From Lingula anatina (Eukaryota > Animalia > Brachiopoda): a stretch of 64,000 nucleotides of DNA. Below, one piece after another: positions 14,701 to 29,939 of this stretch. Every line of letters starts with the position of its first letter. Positions within the stretch are counted from its first letter, which is position 1. The stretch is taken from assembly GCA_051362555.1 (NCBI GenBank), contig CM120640.1, positions 44,308,788-44,372,787 on the forward strand, given 5' to 3'. The position numbers and the translations under genes are program-made. The notes beneath the pieces were generated by a model, which did not search any database, was not told the origin of the DNA, and worked only from the letters and a program-made list of their open reading frames with translations.

Positions 14701-17700
14701 GATGTGTCAGGTTCTGAAGACTGGGGGATATATTAAAAGATACAGACTAGATCAAAATGTTATGATGTGTCGACTGGTCATTTTAGCAGTCGAATTCGAC
14801 AGATTCTTTCTATTGACCAACTATACAAAGTAAAATGAGAGTTTCACTTATGCGGTCCGATAAGAAAGAAAGAGAACCGTATTTCTATGATATCATCCAA
14901 ATGCCTTCAGATATTTGACGGCTCAAAACCACGTAGAGCCACTATTCTACGTATTGTTAGCAGCTTTCGTCGGAGACAAGAATAACTCATAGGCCAAAGT
15001 GATTTTCTAATTTTATGCTTCACAACATTTGAAAGTTATTTCCCAAGTGGCAAACGTAAAATTTAGACTTCATCGGCAGTTACCACTTGCACATTTATTA
15101 TTTTTGACTAAAAACACCTGGTTTGTATGTTGGCAGTCTGCCAAAGCGACCAAGTGTTTAACCAAGAAGGCGTGATAACAGTTATGAAGTAGGTTAATCA
15201 GGAAACCAATTTCGTACATAATATATATGTTTTTAACACTATATTTGTCTCTTGGTTGCTTCATTAAATTTATTGTGATTTGTTGGGGAGGAGGGGGATC
15301 TGTTACCTCTGTAAGATGGACCTCTACGTGCTGCTGCAAATAGGACGCAGATTATGATGATGCCCAGCAACCGTTATACACGTTTTACTTTTGCAACAAC
15401 CCCTAATTAGAAACATCCAACAGTGTTGTCCAACATTTTTAGAAAACTAGACAGAAAACATTTCAGAAGCGATCATGAATATTGCGTCAACACTGAAAAC
15501 CATGCTCATTTGGACCCTCAGACCCGCCGGCTGTGTGTTCGATTCCTCCACGGCCCGGACTTTTATAAACATGAACTTGTCACCCTCCTACCCGTTTGCC
15601 AAGGATGGTGGAAAAATTTGACCAATGTCTTTTCATTTTCTGGGACCTTTCGAAAGTGTTTGCAAATATGTCCTTTGGGTATGTAAGTCACTTTTTGACC
15701 CCATTTCTTCACAATGAACGAAGCATTTAGAATTTCAACGGTTCATTTCCCATTGATGAAGAGTTCAAGTGTGACATAATAGTTGCAAGAAGGCCAAGAC
15801 GAATTGTTGCAATTTTCTATAACATCACCTGTTTTATTTGCAAGCTGACCAGTTGGCAGATCAATGGATGGGCGCTTTTGTTAGTTTCAGAATCACTTGT
15901 CGTGCGTGTCAAATCTCCCGCCAACACGTCGAGCAAAAAACTTCATGTTGTCTGCTGTCTGAGGCAAGTCTTATCTATCATCTTTTATAAGCGGTTTGAA
16001 AGCCGTATAATTTTTGTCAAAATTTACGCCATTTCGGTATCAATCAGAACGATTATTTCAGTAACGTAAAACCCTTATTTTTTTCTTCATATTTACCAAT
16101 CGTGAACGACATGTATTTCGAAGAGCAGTATTTCCAAACGTAAGTCAACATCGGTCGCTCAAATTTTCCTGTGCAAAACAAAGCTATTTCATCAAAAGAA
16201 CCGCGGGTTGATTTTTATTTGCACTACGATGACCCTCCGTACACTGCTAACGCAAGAAAAAAGTTTTCTGACCTGTTACCACGGGCTAGGGAAGTGTTGC
16301 TGTTCAAACAAGCCTATGAATTACCGGCACATTACAGGCAGTTATGATTTCCTTTTCTGCATGGCCGCTGTATCAGAAGTTCCGAAACAGTAGACCTGTT
16401 GCTGAGACGTGCAATCGTGGTCAATGTATTCTGTCAATTCTTCACCTGCCTACGGCACTGTGAAATTGGGATCACATTTCGGACTGTTCACACCATTTAG
16501 ATGCCTAATTTTATCGAAATTAATCAACGCGTATGGTTAATCAGGCGAACATGGCTGTGTACTTTATGATACTAGCCTCTCCTACTTTTGCCCCCGGGGC
16601 AGCCGACGACTAGAACGGGGCTACACGGTTAGAGGGAATTTGCCCAAGGTGTTATTCAAGCCTTATAATACAGGTCCACGGGGTCGTTACTTACAATACT
16701 TTTTGAACTTCGAACTGACTATTCCGATCAGATTTGAAGAGACTCTTTGACACTTTATTCTGGCCATCTATACAAGTCATATTTGTCATGTTCATTGAGA
16801 CCGCCCTTTTGTAGTTTTTGCTTTACCGTACATTACAAATTTCAAATTCATTATTTCAGAATAACATGGCATTCATGGTTATACCAACAACTGCACGCCT
16901 AATTGTTCACAGGTTTTCAATCATATGACATTTTGAACATTCCTATTTTTAAGAAGTAAAACATCTTAATACGTCTAATTTGAACAAATTTTTAAAATGT
17001 GGCTGTTAAAGCAGTTCATACCTTAACAAAGTTCCCTTCATAGATCGCGGATCAATCAATCCGCCTGAAATCCTTTTAAGGATTTTTAAAAATAGAAGTT
17101 TGGTTAGAAGATTCCAGGCTCATTGTAATGACCCAAACTCTGTCTAATGTTTCGGATTCGAAACAGAAAATCTGGACTGCGAACCAGTGATATTTTGATA
17201 CACGATAATTTCCCTGATCATTTACAATTGCCGTATTTGAACCCGGGCGGAATAACGATACCCTCAATTATCTTCGCTGCTTTTTTCTCTCAGGTCACGG
17301 CCTCAATAATGTTGTCGCAGAATAAACATGTGTAAAACATCGGCAGATGGCAGACAGGTACAGGCGGCCAATCTATCCATGTTTCGATAACAGGAGACAA
17401 CGGCAAACAAATACATTTAAAAAAAACGTCGCTGCTGTGAAAGAATTTTGTCATAATGATTGTGCCGAAAAGCCTTGTAAATGTAATTTTCTGAAATTCT
17501 AACTGTAGATGTGGCTCAACGTGAATTCAATATTTCATCCACACCTGACAGCTTTCTATAAGAAATTTCAATGATATAAAACCTAATTGCCTTTCTAGTG
17601 TTTACGCTGCAGGTTAAGATTAAGACCGCATTGAATCCGGAGGTGAGGGGCCGTTTTTAATGTAAATTTTTCATCGTTTTACATGTCCTCAAAATTCACC

Positions 17701-20700
17701 TTAATGTATTTTCTGAACAAAATAAAATCAGTTAAAAGTAACTTCGTCAATCAGTATGCATATCACATAGCAGACTACACAATAAATCACAAAAATATCC
17801 CCTAACTAGGGATAGAAAATAATACATTTGAGAGAACAACTATTGTATGGTAAGTTTAGTCGCGGTATGTTTTCCCCATTATTCCTTTCAGCATCAGCAG
17901 ACACCCACTTTGTTTCTTCCGTCATCATTTGGTTTCTCTGCGTAATCTTATTTGTGGTCTTATACACAGGGGGGATATAGCTCTATAACCTTGGTTCGTA
18001 TGTCATCTAGAGAAGCTGGATGTTTTTGTCGCAATATAACAATAATAATATATATGATTCATATAAATTTATGCATTGTGGTTGATACTTTGACATATAT
18101 GGAGTTTTAAGGAAGGAAAAAGTTATTTGCTGATGCAACAGCTATGTAAATAAGCATACAGGTTGTGAATATGATTTTAACTTTTCTTAAACTAGAATGC
18201 CTATTTTAAGAGGCTGTTTGTAGGCTTAAGGTTTAGATGAAACAAAGATAGAAATATATCTATTTGGTCTACCGATTTCTAGTTTTGAAAAGGTGTAGAC
18301 AAATTTAATCCAGAACGTTAGGTCATAAATTCTTACTGCGGGAGCGTCTTGGTACGCCAATAAACAGTTTCTTGGGTCTTAGCGCAAACGTAAACACCTT
18401 GGTAAAGACCCATCACGCAGCGTTACGATCACAAAACAGTCTCATTACTTGGTCGTTAAAAGATTTGAATTTTTAATGACTTGCTATATGATATAGTGCA
18501 GTCGCTTGTGTAGGAAGAGAACAAGTGGTAAAGTCCGCCGTACCGCTCACCGTCCTCCCCATAGCATTACCCTTAGGTCAAGTATATGAGAAGACTCGTG
18601 ACTATCAAATTTCGCCATACCAGTGTCACTTAAACCGCCGAGTTTGTCGTATCTCAAAATTTTAGTCACAAAATAAAAATAAACAATCAACAAACATACC
18701 TCGACGTCTCTCCGCCCTCTTTCCGACCGCCAGACAAACGACACGCCACTGCAGTCGAAACACACCGAAGGACCTCAACAACAGATATTATTCTTATATA
18801 CAAATTCACCTGGTCTATTTGCGACGAGAGTAAAAAAAGACATTGTATTCAAACGTACCTTGGAATAATTATGACGACCCGTCTGTTGACCCAGAAGTAA
18901 TTGCTTTCTTGATTACGGAATAAAAAAGATGTCGTACCTTAATTTTGCTTCTGGTGCTACCTGTTCAGTGAATTGGAGCAAATAGCTTGTCTAACGTGAC
19001 TGATTCCTGTCTAACAAGCGAAAGTCAGATGGGAGAAGCCTTTGGTGGATATTGCAAGCGGGGAAAAGCCCCGAGGGTCTGTAGGAAATTTGGAGTAAAT
19101 TATGAAAGAAAAGGGACACTATGAAAGTGGTGCAGAACGCGCAAGAATAAAAAGGATATAATGGCCTGTTTGCATAGCACATTGTCCGATTATTCCGCCG
19201 CATGGTCTATTTCGTCTTTCCATTCCGCCTGGTCTGATTCGCAAACAAGGGGCGCGCTGAAAGTCGGCCCCACGTTAGGAAGCCGCGTTACACGCTTGAG
19301 GACCAGATAGCATGATATACCCCTGGCTAAACATGCTTGTCTAAGACGTAAAGTGATGCCAACCACACCTGTTTTCCCCGTATGGGAGACACAACCGAGG
19401 CGAGGTTTTGATAGTGCTTGTTCCGAAAGTAAAGATTTGTCTATCCGGAGGGAGGGAGTTTCGATTACCACCCGGGGGATTACTTGGGATTAAAACATGA
19501 ACTTCCTCTAATTTTTAACTGCCCCCGAGTTGGGCATACAGTCCATGCAGTCGTCCGTGTAATATTATCGATTTCTTAGAGCTATCTTGGTGTTTCCCTG
19601 CCCTACTGTAAAATACTGGGAAATAAAAATACGTGCACTAATTAGCATGCAAACGCAATCACAGGATTTAGATTTCACCCCAACGTGACAACTACTTTGA
19701 AATCAACTAGTAAATGATAGTTGATTTTAAAATTAAATTATGATTCACATTTTATGTGTATGAAAATTAACTTGGGCAAAGAAACAGGCAGAAAAATAAA
19801 CAGTTTCATTAACGAAACGTGTAAGGTAGGAGTTTTATGCACACCTACTTGGGTAATAAGCATAACATATGACTTATTAACATGCTGTAAAATAATTCTG
19901 CGTGTTAATAAAACACATTGTCGTAAAGTTTTTTTCGATGCGTCACGGCACTTTTTGTATCTAGTTTTGATGTCAAGTCCGCCCTATGAATATACTAATC
20001 TAACTTATCAAATACATATTATCAGTATGATTTTACTCAATTTAGATGTTTACTATGAAAATTAGTCTTCATATCACATTTTATCACTCAGCGTTAAAAA
20101 GAATTCTTGTGGAAAAATGTGAGACGCATTTAGATGCGTGTGAACAAGAGGCCTTTGTGAGACCAGCGGATTTAAGTTGATCGACATCAACCTTCATGAT
20201 ATATATAAGTCAAAGACCAAGAACGTACACAATACTTCAAAAGTTCTTACTGTAAAGACTGCTTATATCCTATTACGTTAAAAATAATTGAGAGAAAATT
20301 TGATCCCCTAAATGTCTCCGACACCGGCAACGCCACTTCAGTGTACTATCAAAATTGGACAATAAAGCAGGGAAACGCCTTAAGAACCGATGAATGATGC
20401 TTACTGTTACTTGTTTTCGCACTTCATCATTCGAAGCAAGGCACATAATGTTTACATGAAACTTACGCAACATAGATTTTCGTTTGACCGTTTAATTAAG
20501 CGTTCAATAGGTGTTGGAAGCCGGACTGTTGACAGTGGCTTGCGTCTGCATTAAAACATGCCGTCAAAAGGCAACCGCCTTTAATTCATTCTGAAAACTC
20601 AGACGCTCTTGTTCATACTATGGCAAGATCTGCAAATATGACAGAAGCAAATCAAACTGACCCAGGGCTGCGAACATTAAATTGTGAGATCTCAAACCGC

Positions 20701-23700
20701 CAGGAAGCTAACTAGTGTTAGTAAATATTAAACCAGCTTTAGCACTTGTGGCATTTTTACGACTCGTTACTCCTTTTATGGGAGATCGGAACTCGAAAAA
20801 ATCGCGGGAGGGCATGGCATTGTTCATACATCAGTGCTTGTCAATTTCTTAGACGGACATTTAATTCCCTTGTTATTTGTGTTGTCTATGAAAATATATC
20901 ACACCCACTTCCATAGCGCTTCCCCTCCTGCGGCCCTCACGCGCTGTGCGCCATCCAAATATGTGAGCGCAAAAGTGACTGTGATCTATATAACAGGGTG
21001 TAAATGTCATTTATCAACGGCGTAAAGCTTTATAGTCGATTAAATGAAAGACCCGGGGATGTTATTCTATCACTGGACATCGACTCTTTGAAAGAAAACG
21101 ATATTGTGACTCGAGTAACACCGTCAGATAATGCATGGCTTGTTGTCGTGCGGAAAAGGGCAGGGCTCGGCTTGTCTGGGACGCAATACAAGGAAGCGTC
21201 TTCTTAGCAAATGTCTCGCTGTCATTTTAACCGGTATCTGTTACAATTTAAAGGTCTTTATTCCTTTTCTAGCCAATTTATAATATAATCATCATGATTT
21301 ACTACTGGGTTGATAATAAGCAAATTTAGCGTCACTCGCGCGAATTAAGCCCTCTTTATGTCTTTTAGGTGTCTTGCGTTACCTTTTCATCATGGTATGT
21401 GGTTTTGTAAGTGTCACAGAGGGATGTGGTCCAGACACTGGGATGCTTCAAGGGCATCGTCTGCTCCACTAACAGTTGTCTTCTGTAGTGCCTCTAAGAT
21501 CATGTCTATACATGTACATAGGATGGACAATTAAAAAGATCCGGAATTTAATGAATCAAAACCAATCACTGACCATTTTTTATTGAGCACCAAAAAAGCT
21601 ACTGAACCAAAACTAGTACAAAAGTATCAACCATACATAATCCCACGAGACAGCAAAGTTTGAAACTTCATACACCGTGGAATTACATGTGTAATGAATA
21701 ACCTTTGATTTATCATCATCTTAAGTTGGAGACGTATTTTCTTCCACGCAATACATATTCTTTTGAAAAAATAACTTAAACAGCCAGCATAACCCGAGAT
21801 AGGTAAGGTTCGTCAGTTCATCCATTCAAACTACTGTTACAACAATCGTATTATACAGGGAACCTCCCGGTTCATACAGAATTAAATGTTCAAATATTCA
21901 AACCGTTTTAAAAAAGAGAAACAGAACCTCTCAAGCGTGATAAAGAAGCAGAGAAACACGGGAAATAGGACTTGGGTGACTGCATTTCATGAATACTCCT
22001 TTTTTATGGGAATTTTTCTTTGAATAAGACATACCAAATATGCGACTAAATCGACTTGGGAAGTCATAGGGACTATGTATTTCCTCTTAACACACACAAG
22101 ATCGTTATCTTCAGCCAATTTAGCCGTGTCTCGTGTCAAGCGTCACAGAGCAAACGGAAACTATAGAGGTATTGTCAGTGTAAAAAAAGGAGAAAAAAAA
22201 CAGATTGACCTGAGAACGCACACCTCTTGTTACGTGTTTAAGTTATGTGGTGTTCTTTATGGCAATTTGATCTCCATTACTGATGACATAGTCAAGACCG
22301 GTAACCGAAACCTTTCCTCATTAGCCGCTTTGTAGTGATCTACCACCTACATGTACGTTGGATGAAGTCAGAGGTCAATTTGTGCTGTAGAATCTAGCTG
22401 GATCTCGGGGAATTTGGTTGAAAAAAAGAGAATATTTTCTAGTCTTTGTAACAGTTTTCTTTTAGTCGTGTTACTCAAGTGTTTGGTGTCTTACATCAAT
22501 TTGATAATCATCTATTTACATTTTTTAAAGTTATGTAGATACCGTTTTCACGTGACAACTTGTAGGTGCACCATATTAATCCGCGAAAATCCGCGTTGTG
22601 TTGTTATTGGCTATTCAAGGAAAGCACCCATTCCCGTCACATTTATTGTGTCATTTATTTACTTGGACTCTGTCAGGGTGGAAAAAATAATTTCACACCC
22701 CATTTTAATGGATAAAAGATTCTTTGATTAAGCTAAAAATATAGCGTATTTGTTTCCTCTCCCCTCCCCCTCCACCCTAAGCATAGGTACAAATGTACAC
22801 GATGACGTCAGCCCTTTGCAGATTTATGAAGTCGGATATTTTTCCCTTTTTAACGAGAATCCGTGAATAAGTACTGGCGTGTTTAGCCATAGGCAAGTTT
22901 TAACAAAAGACTACCTACAAGGTAGGCCATTTACTGGTCTCATCACAATATTCCTATTACATCGTATGCCGAATTATGACCCTCCGGTTCATGAACTAAC
23001 GCGAGTTACGATGATAAGAGACAGCATTGTGTTCTGATTTTTTCCCAATCAATGGAACAGGAAATACAGTGACATGTGAGAAAATTCCAGACAATGATGA
23101 TGGGGTGTGAGCTTCATCAGTTTTCGTACAAAAACAGATCTGCTTTGTTGTAAATATTTTAAATCATCCTCTTGTGAATTGAGGCAATTTTACTTATACA
23201 GACTTTTGCGATAATGAAATACTCGAGAATAAAGAGCTGACTTTAACGAAGTGAATTAGTTTTCTGAGGTTGAACAGTCAACTCTAAAAATCAGAAATAG
23301 AATACAACTGTACGCTATGCATACCCGTGATGTAGTCACTGAGGAAAATCTCGCCAAAAAGTAGAATGATACGCACTTTCTTCTTTTTCTAGAAAACCCA
23401 AGGTACATATGGATCATACCTTAGAACCCATTATACAAGGTGTACAATGTATGGTGGCCCTTATTTCGTATACAGACTTTCTGTATTCTTTATGTGAAAT
23501 AGACTTACATTAGGTCCTACATGTAGTTTTAATAACACATTCAGATTATATAAAAAGGGACAATAATACAGTAAATTGGCTCTGGTATTAAAAACTTAAC
23601 GATGTAGGTTCTTTGTAATTTTTCGAAGAGTCCCTAAACTTTGCTTTTATCATTCATGAATAGGTTTATATATCGTTTTTTCTCTCTCATATGGCGAGGA

Positions 23701-24819
23701 TTTACAAAAGTGAAATTTATCATACATGTAAAAGGCTTTTTTTGTTTGTCATATACAGCGCTGTCTCTTAATGTGTCCAGCAGACAAACAAGATATACTT
23801 TACACCTGCATATGGAGCCAAGGTTCAGATTTCGGATCAAGATACTCCTTTTCTCCTGCATGTACATGTATCACTGATGATTTTCTATTGACTCTATTCA
23901 CGTTTCATTAAGGAGAGTCTGGTGTCCCATAAGCACAAATATATATATATCGTTGACATGGAGCCACCTGGGAATAGAAGTTCACCATGTAATTTATATC
24001 TTCTACAAAAAAAACCACATAACCAAAATATTTCGAGTTCTTGCCGTGCTCTTTCGAATTTAATGGATCCACCCCGACAAATGTCATGTCAGAAGACCGT
24101 AGAGTGGCACACAGAGGGGGCATGAACTTTTTTATTTGTTAAAGAGATAATGTAAAACCTTGTAAAACTCTTGGGGTCGGCGATGATCTAATGGCAGTGT
24201 TATTCAATAAGTTTCCAGCCACACGCACGAGAGCCTGATATTCATCATAGGACATCAGCTTTTGTATCACACCCGAAATTAAGGAGTGAGTCAGAAAAAA
24301 AGACTTACATTTTAATGAATCGAGAGGTTTTGCTCTTTAATGATACTGTAACGACTTGCTTCCTCATTGACGTACATGCTGTGTACGTGTGTGCATGGCT
24401 TTATGTTTATTCAATTTATATCATTGTTTGTCCATCTATCATTTGTCATGTAATCCGTAGATACTGTCTGCATTTTTCATTGTTGTAGATCTGTCTGTCT
24501 GATTTTCTTACGATGTATGATCTTATTATACAGGATTCAACCGTACTTAACATTTCATGAAGTTCGAATATTGGGGAAGTTCATTGAACTGCAGACAGCA
24601 GTGGATAAAAATATGACTTAACCATGTGCCTTGTCTGCCTGTTGGCCCTTGTCGTGCTCTTCCACTAACAACACACTAAGTTGGTTCTTTTCACAATTTC
24701 ATCAAATTGCTTCTGTTCAGATCCAGCCAAAATCGAAGTGTCCATTGGCTGTTCCATATGGTTGCCAAAGGGCAATTGCCAAAAAGAATACTGACCCCGG
24801 GTAATGTGCTGGTCAAGAG

Positions 24820-25020
24820 GTAGTGACCATAATGGTTAAGACTGTCTGCCAGCCAATCCCTTAGCCGATGTGACTTGTAGTGTGGTTATTTTGATTGAGA
24901 CGACCCACCTTCAGAAAACGAGAAAACTTTTATCATTCTGACAGACCCCTTCGTCATAACACGGTGGTCCCAGTGCTACCTGGTCAGACTGGTTAGCGGA
25001 CCTGAGGTCATTTATGTAGG
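24820..25020 (+). mobile_element. Possible degenerate tRNA-derived SINE remnant
   Basis: GGTAGTGACCATAATGGTTAAGAC resembles a tRNA 5' end / Pol III A box. No intact B box or cloverleaf follows. Confidence 0.25.
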
Positions 25021-25139
25021 AAATATTTTAATGGTTATGCCATTACTTTTTTCACCGGCTGTCCTACATATGTTTTTTTTCTCTTTTTGGTCAAAGGGAA
25101 TTCGTGCTTTGATCTTATGCGTTTTGGTTGTTAATTGTC

Positions 25140-25520
25140 CTATATATCTACCTGTTTGCCCATCCACATGTCTGTCAGTCTTATTGTGTGTCTGCCCGCC
25201 TCTATGTATTGTCGCGTGGCTTTCGGCTTACCAGCCAATCAGCCCGCCACACCAGTCTGTCTGTCTGTCTGTTCGTCTGTCCGTTTGACTGTCTGTCTGT
25301 CTGTCTATTTGTTTGTATGCCATTGTCTTTCCTAGTGTTAGTCCACTCGTCTGTCTCACCAAATGTTCGCTTGTCTAACCGTGCATATACATGTAATTAC
25401 CCCTCTACCTTTGTTTGTGCGTGTCTGTTTGTCTGTCCGTCCGTCTGTATTCCTGTCTGTCTGTTTGTCCGTCCGTCCGTCCGTCCGCCCGCCCGTCTGA
25501 ATGCATGCCTGTCTGTCGTC
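25140..25520. repeat. Degenerate (TCTG)n/(TCCG)n microsatellite region
   Basis: Runs of GTCT/GTCC tetramers. These explain the spurious ORFs at 25031-25613. Confidence 0.85.
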
Positions 25521-26646
25521 GAGTGTTGTTTTTTTTCTTTTTCTATGCACAATAAGGTTTCCATTAGGGTTCATAAAGACATAAAATGGGCATCTTTGAC
25601 TACTTGACATCACATTCCCTTTTTCTTACGAAATGCACCAAACAGTCTGATTAGTCTACCACTCGTTATTTTTTTTACGAGCGGCCGCGATATTACTTTA
25701 ATCTGCACATTTATCACGCGGTTTATGCCAATATTCATTTACCTGTCCATATGAAACATCATGTTTAAAAAAAACATAAACGGTCACTGTGTTAAATGAA
25801 CATTAAGGCTGACAGTTTTATAGTTGTTATATGACTATTACTGCTCTCTAACAGTAAATGGCCAATGCCCGGGGCGTATGACCCCTCACGCCTTCGAGTG
25901 ACCGCGGACCCAGGCTGTGTTACTTTTTGCTCTACTTATTTTTCCCCTTTATTCTCAAATAATCAAAAGTCTATTTTTCAGGCCCAGTCAAAAGCAATAA
26001 AAATGTAAGTACAAGAAAAGGGGATAGAGAGCAAGGCAAAGAACTGGATGGCTGCATCAGATTCAAATAACAAGCTGTGATAATAGGCGGTATATTCGGT
26101 ATATTAACGACTTCGCCGTAGTAGCACGTTTCATAATATAGCTGATAAAACGTGTTTTATTACATTTTGCGGTATTATTTCACAAGTACGCATACCATAC
26201 ACTGATGTCACAAGACTGGTATATTTTCCACTGGCATGCAAAAAGATAACAACTCATCATCTCAATGCATTTCACAAAAAGCAAATGGCAAACCGTTATT
26301 AATGTACTTTTGCATACATCTTTTCCAGCGTTTATATCTCCAAAACACGCATAAGCACACGATGAATATCATTCCTTGTGAAAAAAGGTAGCTTCAGTAT
26401 ACTGTGGTTTCAAGTTCCTGCAACTGAACTTTTTATATTGAAGAGAAGTATCAGTGACTTGAACACAGATACATCCCAGAGACAGAAGGACAGTCGAAAC
26501 CACAGGAGGGAAGACCTTTATAAGAAACATTTCTACCACGATATTCCTTACTATTTGTATACTAAAATGATAACCTACAAGAAACAAAACAGACTAATGT
26601 TAGCACAAAGAGTCCCCACTTTGATAGCACATTTCTTACTGAATTT

Positions 26647-26650
<4 letters not shown>

Positions 26651-26716
<66 letters not shown>
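26651..26716. repeat. (TA)n microsatellite
   Basis: Perfect TA run of about 66 bp. Confidence 0.95.
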
Positions 26717-26718
<2 letters not shown>

Positions 26719-29700
26719 GCGTTCTATGATAATACCAACATAAGTCCTTAAGCTGTCACTTGCCGATTCAATGGCAGGGAAAGGGCATGAAAAATGTAGG
26801 CTCATTTGGTTTGACCTCAAATGCGATGGGTATCAGCAACTGACAGTTTTGTTATTTATGAAAGTAAATATTTTTCCAGCGCACGCAATGATGATGAGAG
26901 TAAAATTGCACAATAAAAAGTGGTTTAACGTACAAAAATCATCGAAATCGCTGGTACATAACGTTGCACACAGGCTGTCACTTGTACCAGTCCAAATACC
27001 CGCACAAATATATAGAATTACGTTATAGTAGACGAGCTCTACTAAACATCATTTTCCCTAACTAAAACTGTCAGAAAAAAAAAACAATTTCAAATGCTTT
27101 CACATGAATTAAATGATGTTTTCTAACAAGTCCCTATCATTCTAAATACCACCCTTTCTCATTGTATGCTAGTGTTCTATCTTTCTTCCGTATCTGTGCC
27201 ATCGTCTTGTGGTATTCAACTCTCTCTTTAATTCATCACCTACCTCCTGGGGTTCTAAATAATGTAGATGCCACGTTTTAGTCCGTTCAGATTTCCAGCA
27301 GTATCTCTCAGGTAAGGTTGCCAGAGCCAGGAATTAACACTCAATGGAAAGGTCCAGCTATAGTATCTTGATGGGTTAAATGCCACCCACCTAGTATATG
27401 ACTCTTCTCTCTCTCTCTTTTTTTTTTTTCAACAGAATGATTTTAACTCACCTTCAAAGGCGCACTGCTCCCTCTGCTGTCAGGTGAGCGAATGCATGCG
27501 TTTGTGACATTCGGCACTGCGACTGTTAAATACCTGAGTTGTCGAGGGCCGGGCAGGGTCAACAGTCAGACGTATCAACACTCACCCCTTTTCACGTCAG
27601 ATATACTAAAAGTCACTCGACAGGGGAAAATGCCGAGAGTGTTTCTTTTAACAAGTGTACATTGGTGCCATTGAGAGAGAAAAAATTGAGGGAAAACTTG
27701 TTCATGAGTGGACTAGTAATGTTCCGGTGAGGGGCATTTGTGCCTTCGAGTCTACATTTTTATCGAGTGCATTTTAACAACATTGTATAGGCACCGTCTT
27801 GTCATAGTTTATTCGTTCATTCGTTTTTACTGATTTTTTTTTTTCAAAATGATCAATTGATAAATATGTTAACGTATCCATTCGTATGCCCATTCATACA
27901 TTTGTTCGTTAATTCAACCTTTTTCATATTTTCATCTATTCATCCATTCCTTTATTCATTCCCCCTTTATCTTTCTACGTACGCTTTTGTCTTTTAATGC
28001 ACTGCGAGACACGTGTCGGCATTTTGAATACACTAAAATCTTGTGTAACAAATATGTAATCGGCCGCAGTAAATACATTAGGCCCTGGGGTAATACGCCT
28101 TTGTATTTTATGACCGAACGGAACCGGAGATCTGGGAGATATCGGCCGGAGGTAACATCATTCTTAAGTGGTCATCGGAGCTTTATTCTGGCCAGAAGTG
28201 ACACTCCGAGTCCACTCTAAACCTAATCACGACTCAAGTGGTAACTTAGTGGTCCATATACCGTGACAGCATAAAACTGCAGTAAAATGAACACGCTGTC
28301 GTTATAGCCAAAACGTTTCTGTCCACCAGCTTGGACATATCATACATGGGAACTTCAAAGCGCTCATTCGCGTTAACATTTTCAAAAATACTCTATAGTT
28401 AATAAGGGTGAGATAAGGAGGGATTGGCTAATAGAATCAATTCGACTGAACACCTCCTAATGCCCACGTAGCTTTAGGCCATGTATCAGGTGGGATACCG
28501 CTCGCGCTGCATTAGTCGAAAATCGCTGTTAATTTCAAATACGTTTCGGTCTCGCGCCTCTAGTTATGTCACGGATTACTTGTGTGACATGATCCTTTGT
28601 CACCAGTGCATACCGACACTGATATCATGCAAAAATAAATATAGAACAACGCACGTCTTATCTCTTTTTGATATACGTGTACTCCGTGTGTGCAAAAAAA
28701 AAAAAAACAATGTACATGTACCTACAAATGTAGTGATGGCACGGGCCACTTCGTAGATATTTCTATTTGAAGGACTTTTCACTGAATTTCGATTTTTTTT
28801 TCATTTTTGCATTGCACAGTATATTTTTTAACTTGTGGGTCTTTTGTGTTGTTGTTGTTGTTGGTATTGGCGGTAGTGTATGTACCAGTAAACATGAGAT
28901 CAGGTCTCGGACTGTTAAATGTAAACTAAGTGAGTCACATTTTGCATGATGCCATTCTCATACAGATATATGTGCACATGTTGCGATTGGATTAAGATTA
29001 AAACAGAAACTTTGACTAATAAATGTAGTTCTGTTATTTTCAATCTTCAATTTACAATTTTGAAACAATATACAAACAGATTTGAACACACATGGGTGAT
29101 TTAATCATTCTAGTCTAAAAGACACATAGACGAATTACAGGGTCATTGTTCCACGCCCCCATTAATAACGAAAGAACAACCACTGACAAATTTTTAGAAA
29201 GTTTTGTATGTGCGCTAACGAAAAGACACCTGTTCTATTTAAAGTCGTCGTTTGTCTCCGTTAAATCGGCTGACAGATTCCGACGACCTTTTCTCTAGGA
29301 CTAACCAGCTTTAAGCACTAAACGAAACTGAAATTCTATTTACATTTTCATTATAAAATGAAAATATATACATGTATGACCGCAATTGCCGTTTAAATTA
29401 AAAATAAAAAATTAAAATTCCGCAAGTTGAAATCTGGAAAGAAGTTTCAGTTACGTGATAGCATGAAAAGATGCTTTATCATTAGATATAGAGGCCCTTC
29501 AGCTAATGGGCGTTCCCTCTCATTGAACAACAGTACGTACGTGACGCCTCATCTATCACGATCATTTAGCGATGCTCCCCTGGGCAATAAGAACCTAAAT
29601 GACCATCTTAATGCACATGTTTTTATGCTGACGGTAGCCGAATCACCGGTGTTTTATTTATAAGACATGCATGTATTTTAGATCGAGTAAAGTATTGCGA

Positions 29701-29907
29701 GTTACTGTCATTCAGAAGTTAAGTTATAAAAAAGCACCGGTATAAATTACAAAAAAAAAAAAAAACTTAAATACCCTACTTATATTATTAAGCCGGTCAA
29801 CTTGTAATTCATGACAATCATCTGTGGTAGGCCTACCCATCAGCCACCCTTTTGGTAGTTGTACAGAGAATATACGGGTGACAAGATATGAGGTGTCTTG
29901 TCGGTGA

Positions 29908-29912
<5 letters not shown>

Positions 29913-29939
<27 letters not shown>
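29913..29939. repeat. (GA)n microsatellite
   Basis: Perfect GA run. Confidence 0.9.

Noticed and set aside
24820-24900. tRNA gene
   Set aside because: Only an A-box-like start; no T-loop GTTCGA or acceptor-stem pairing. At most a SINE remnant.
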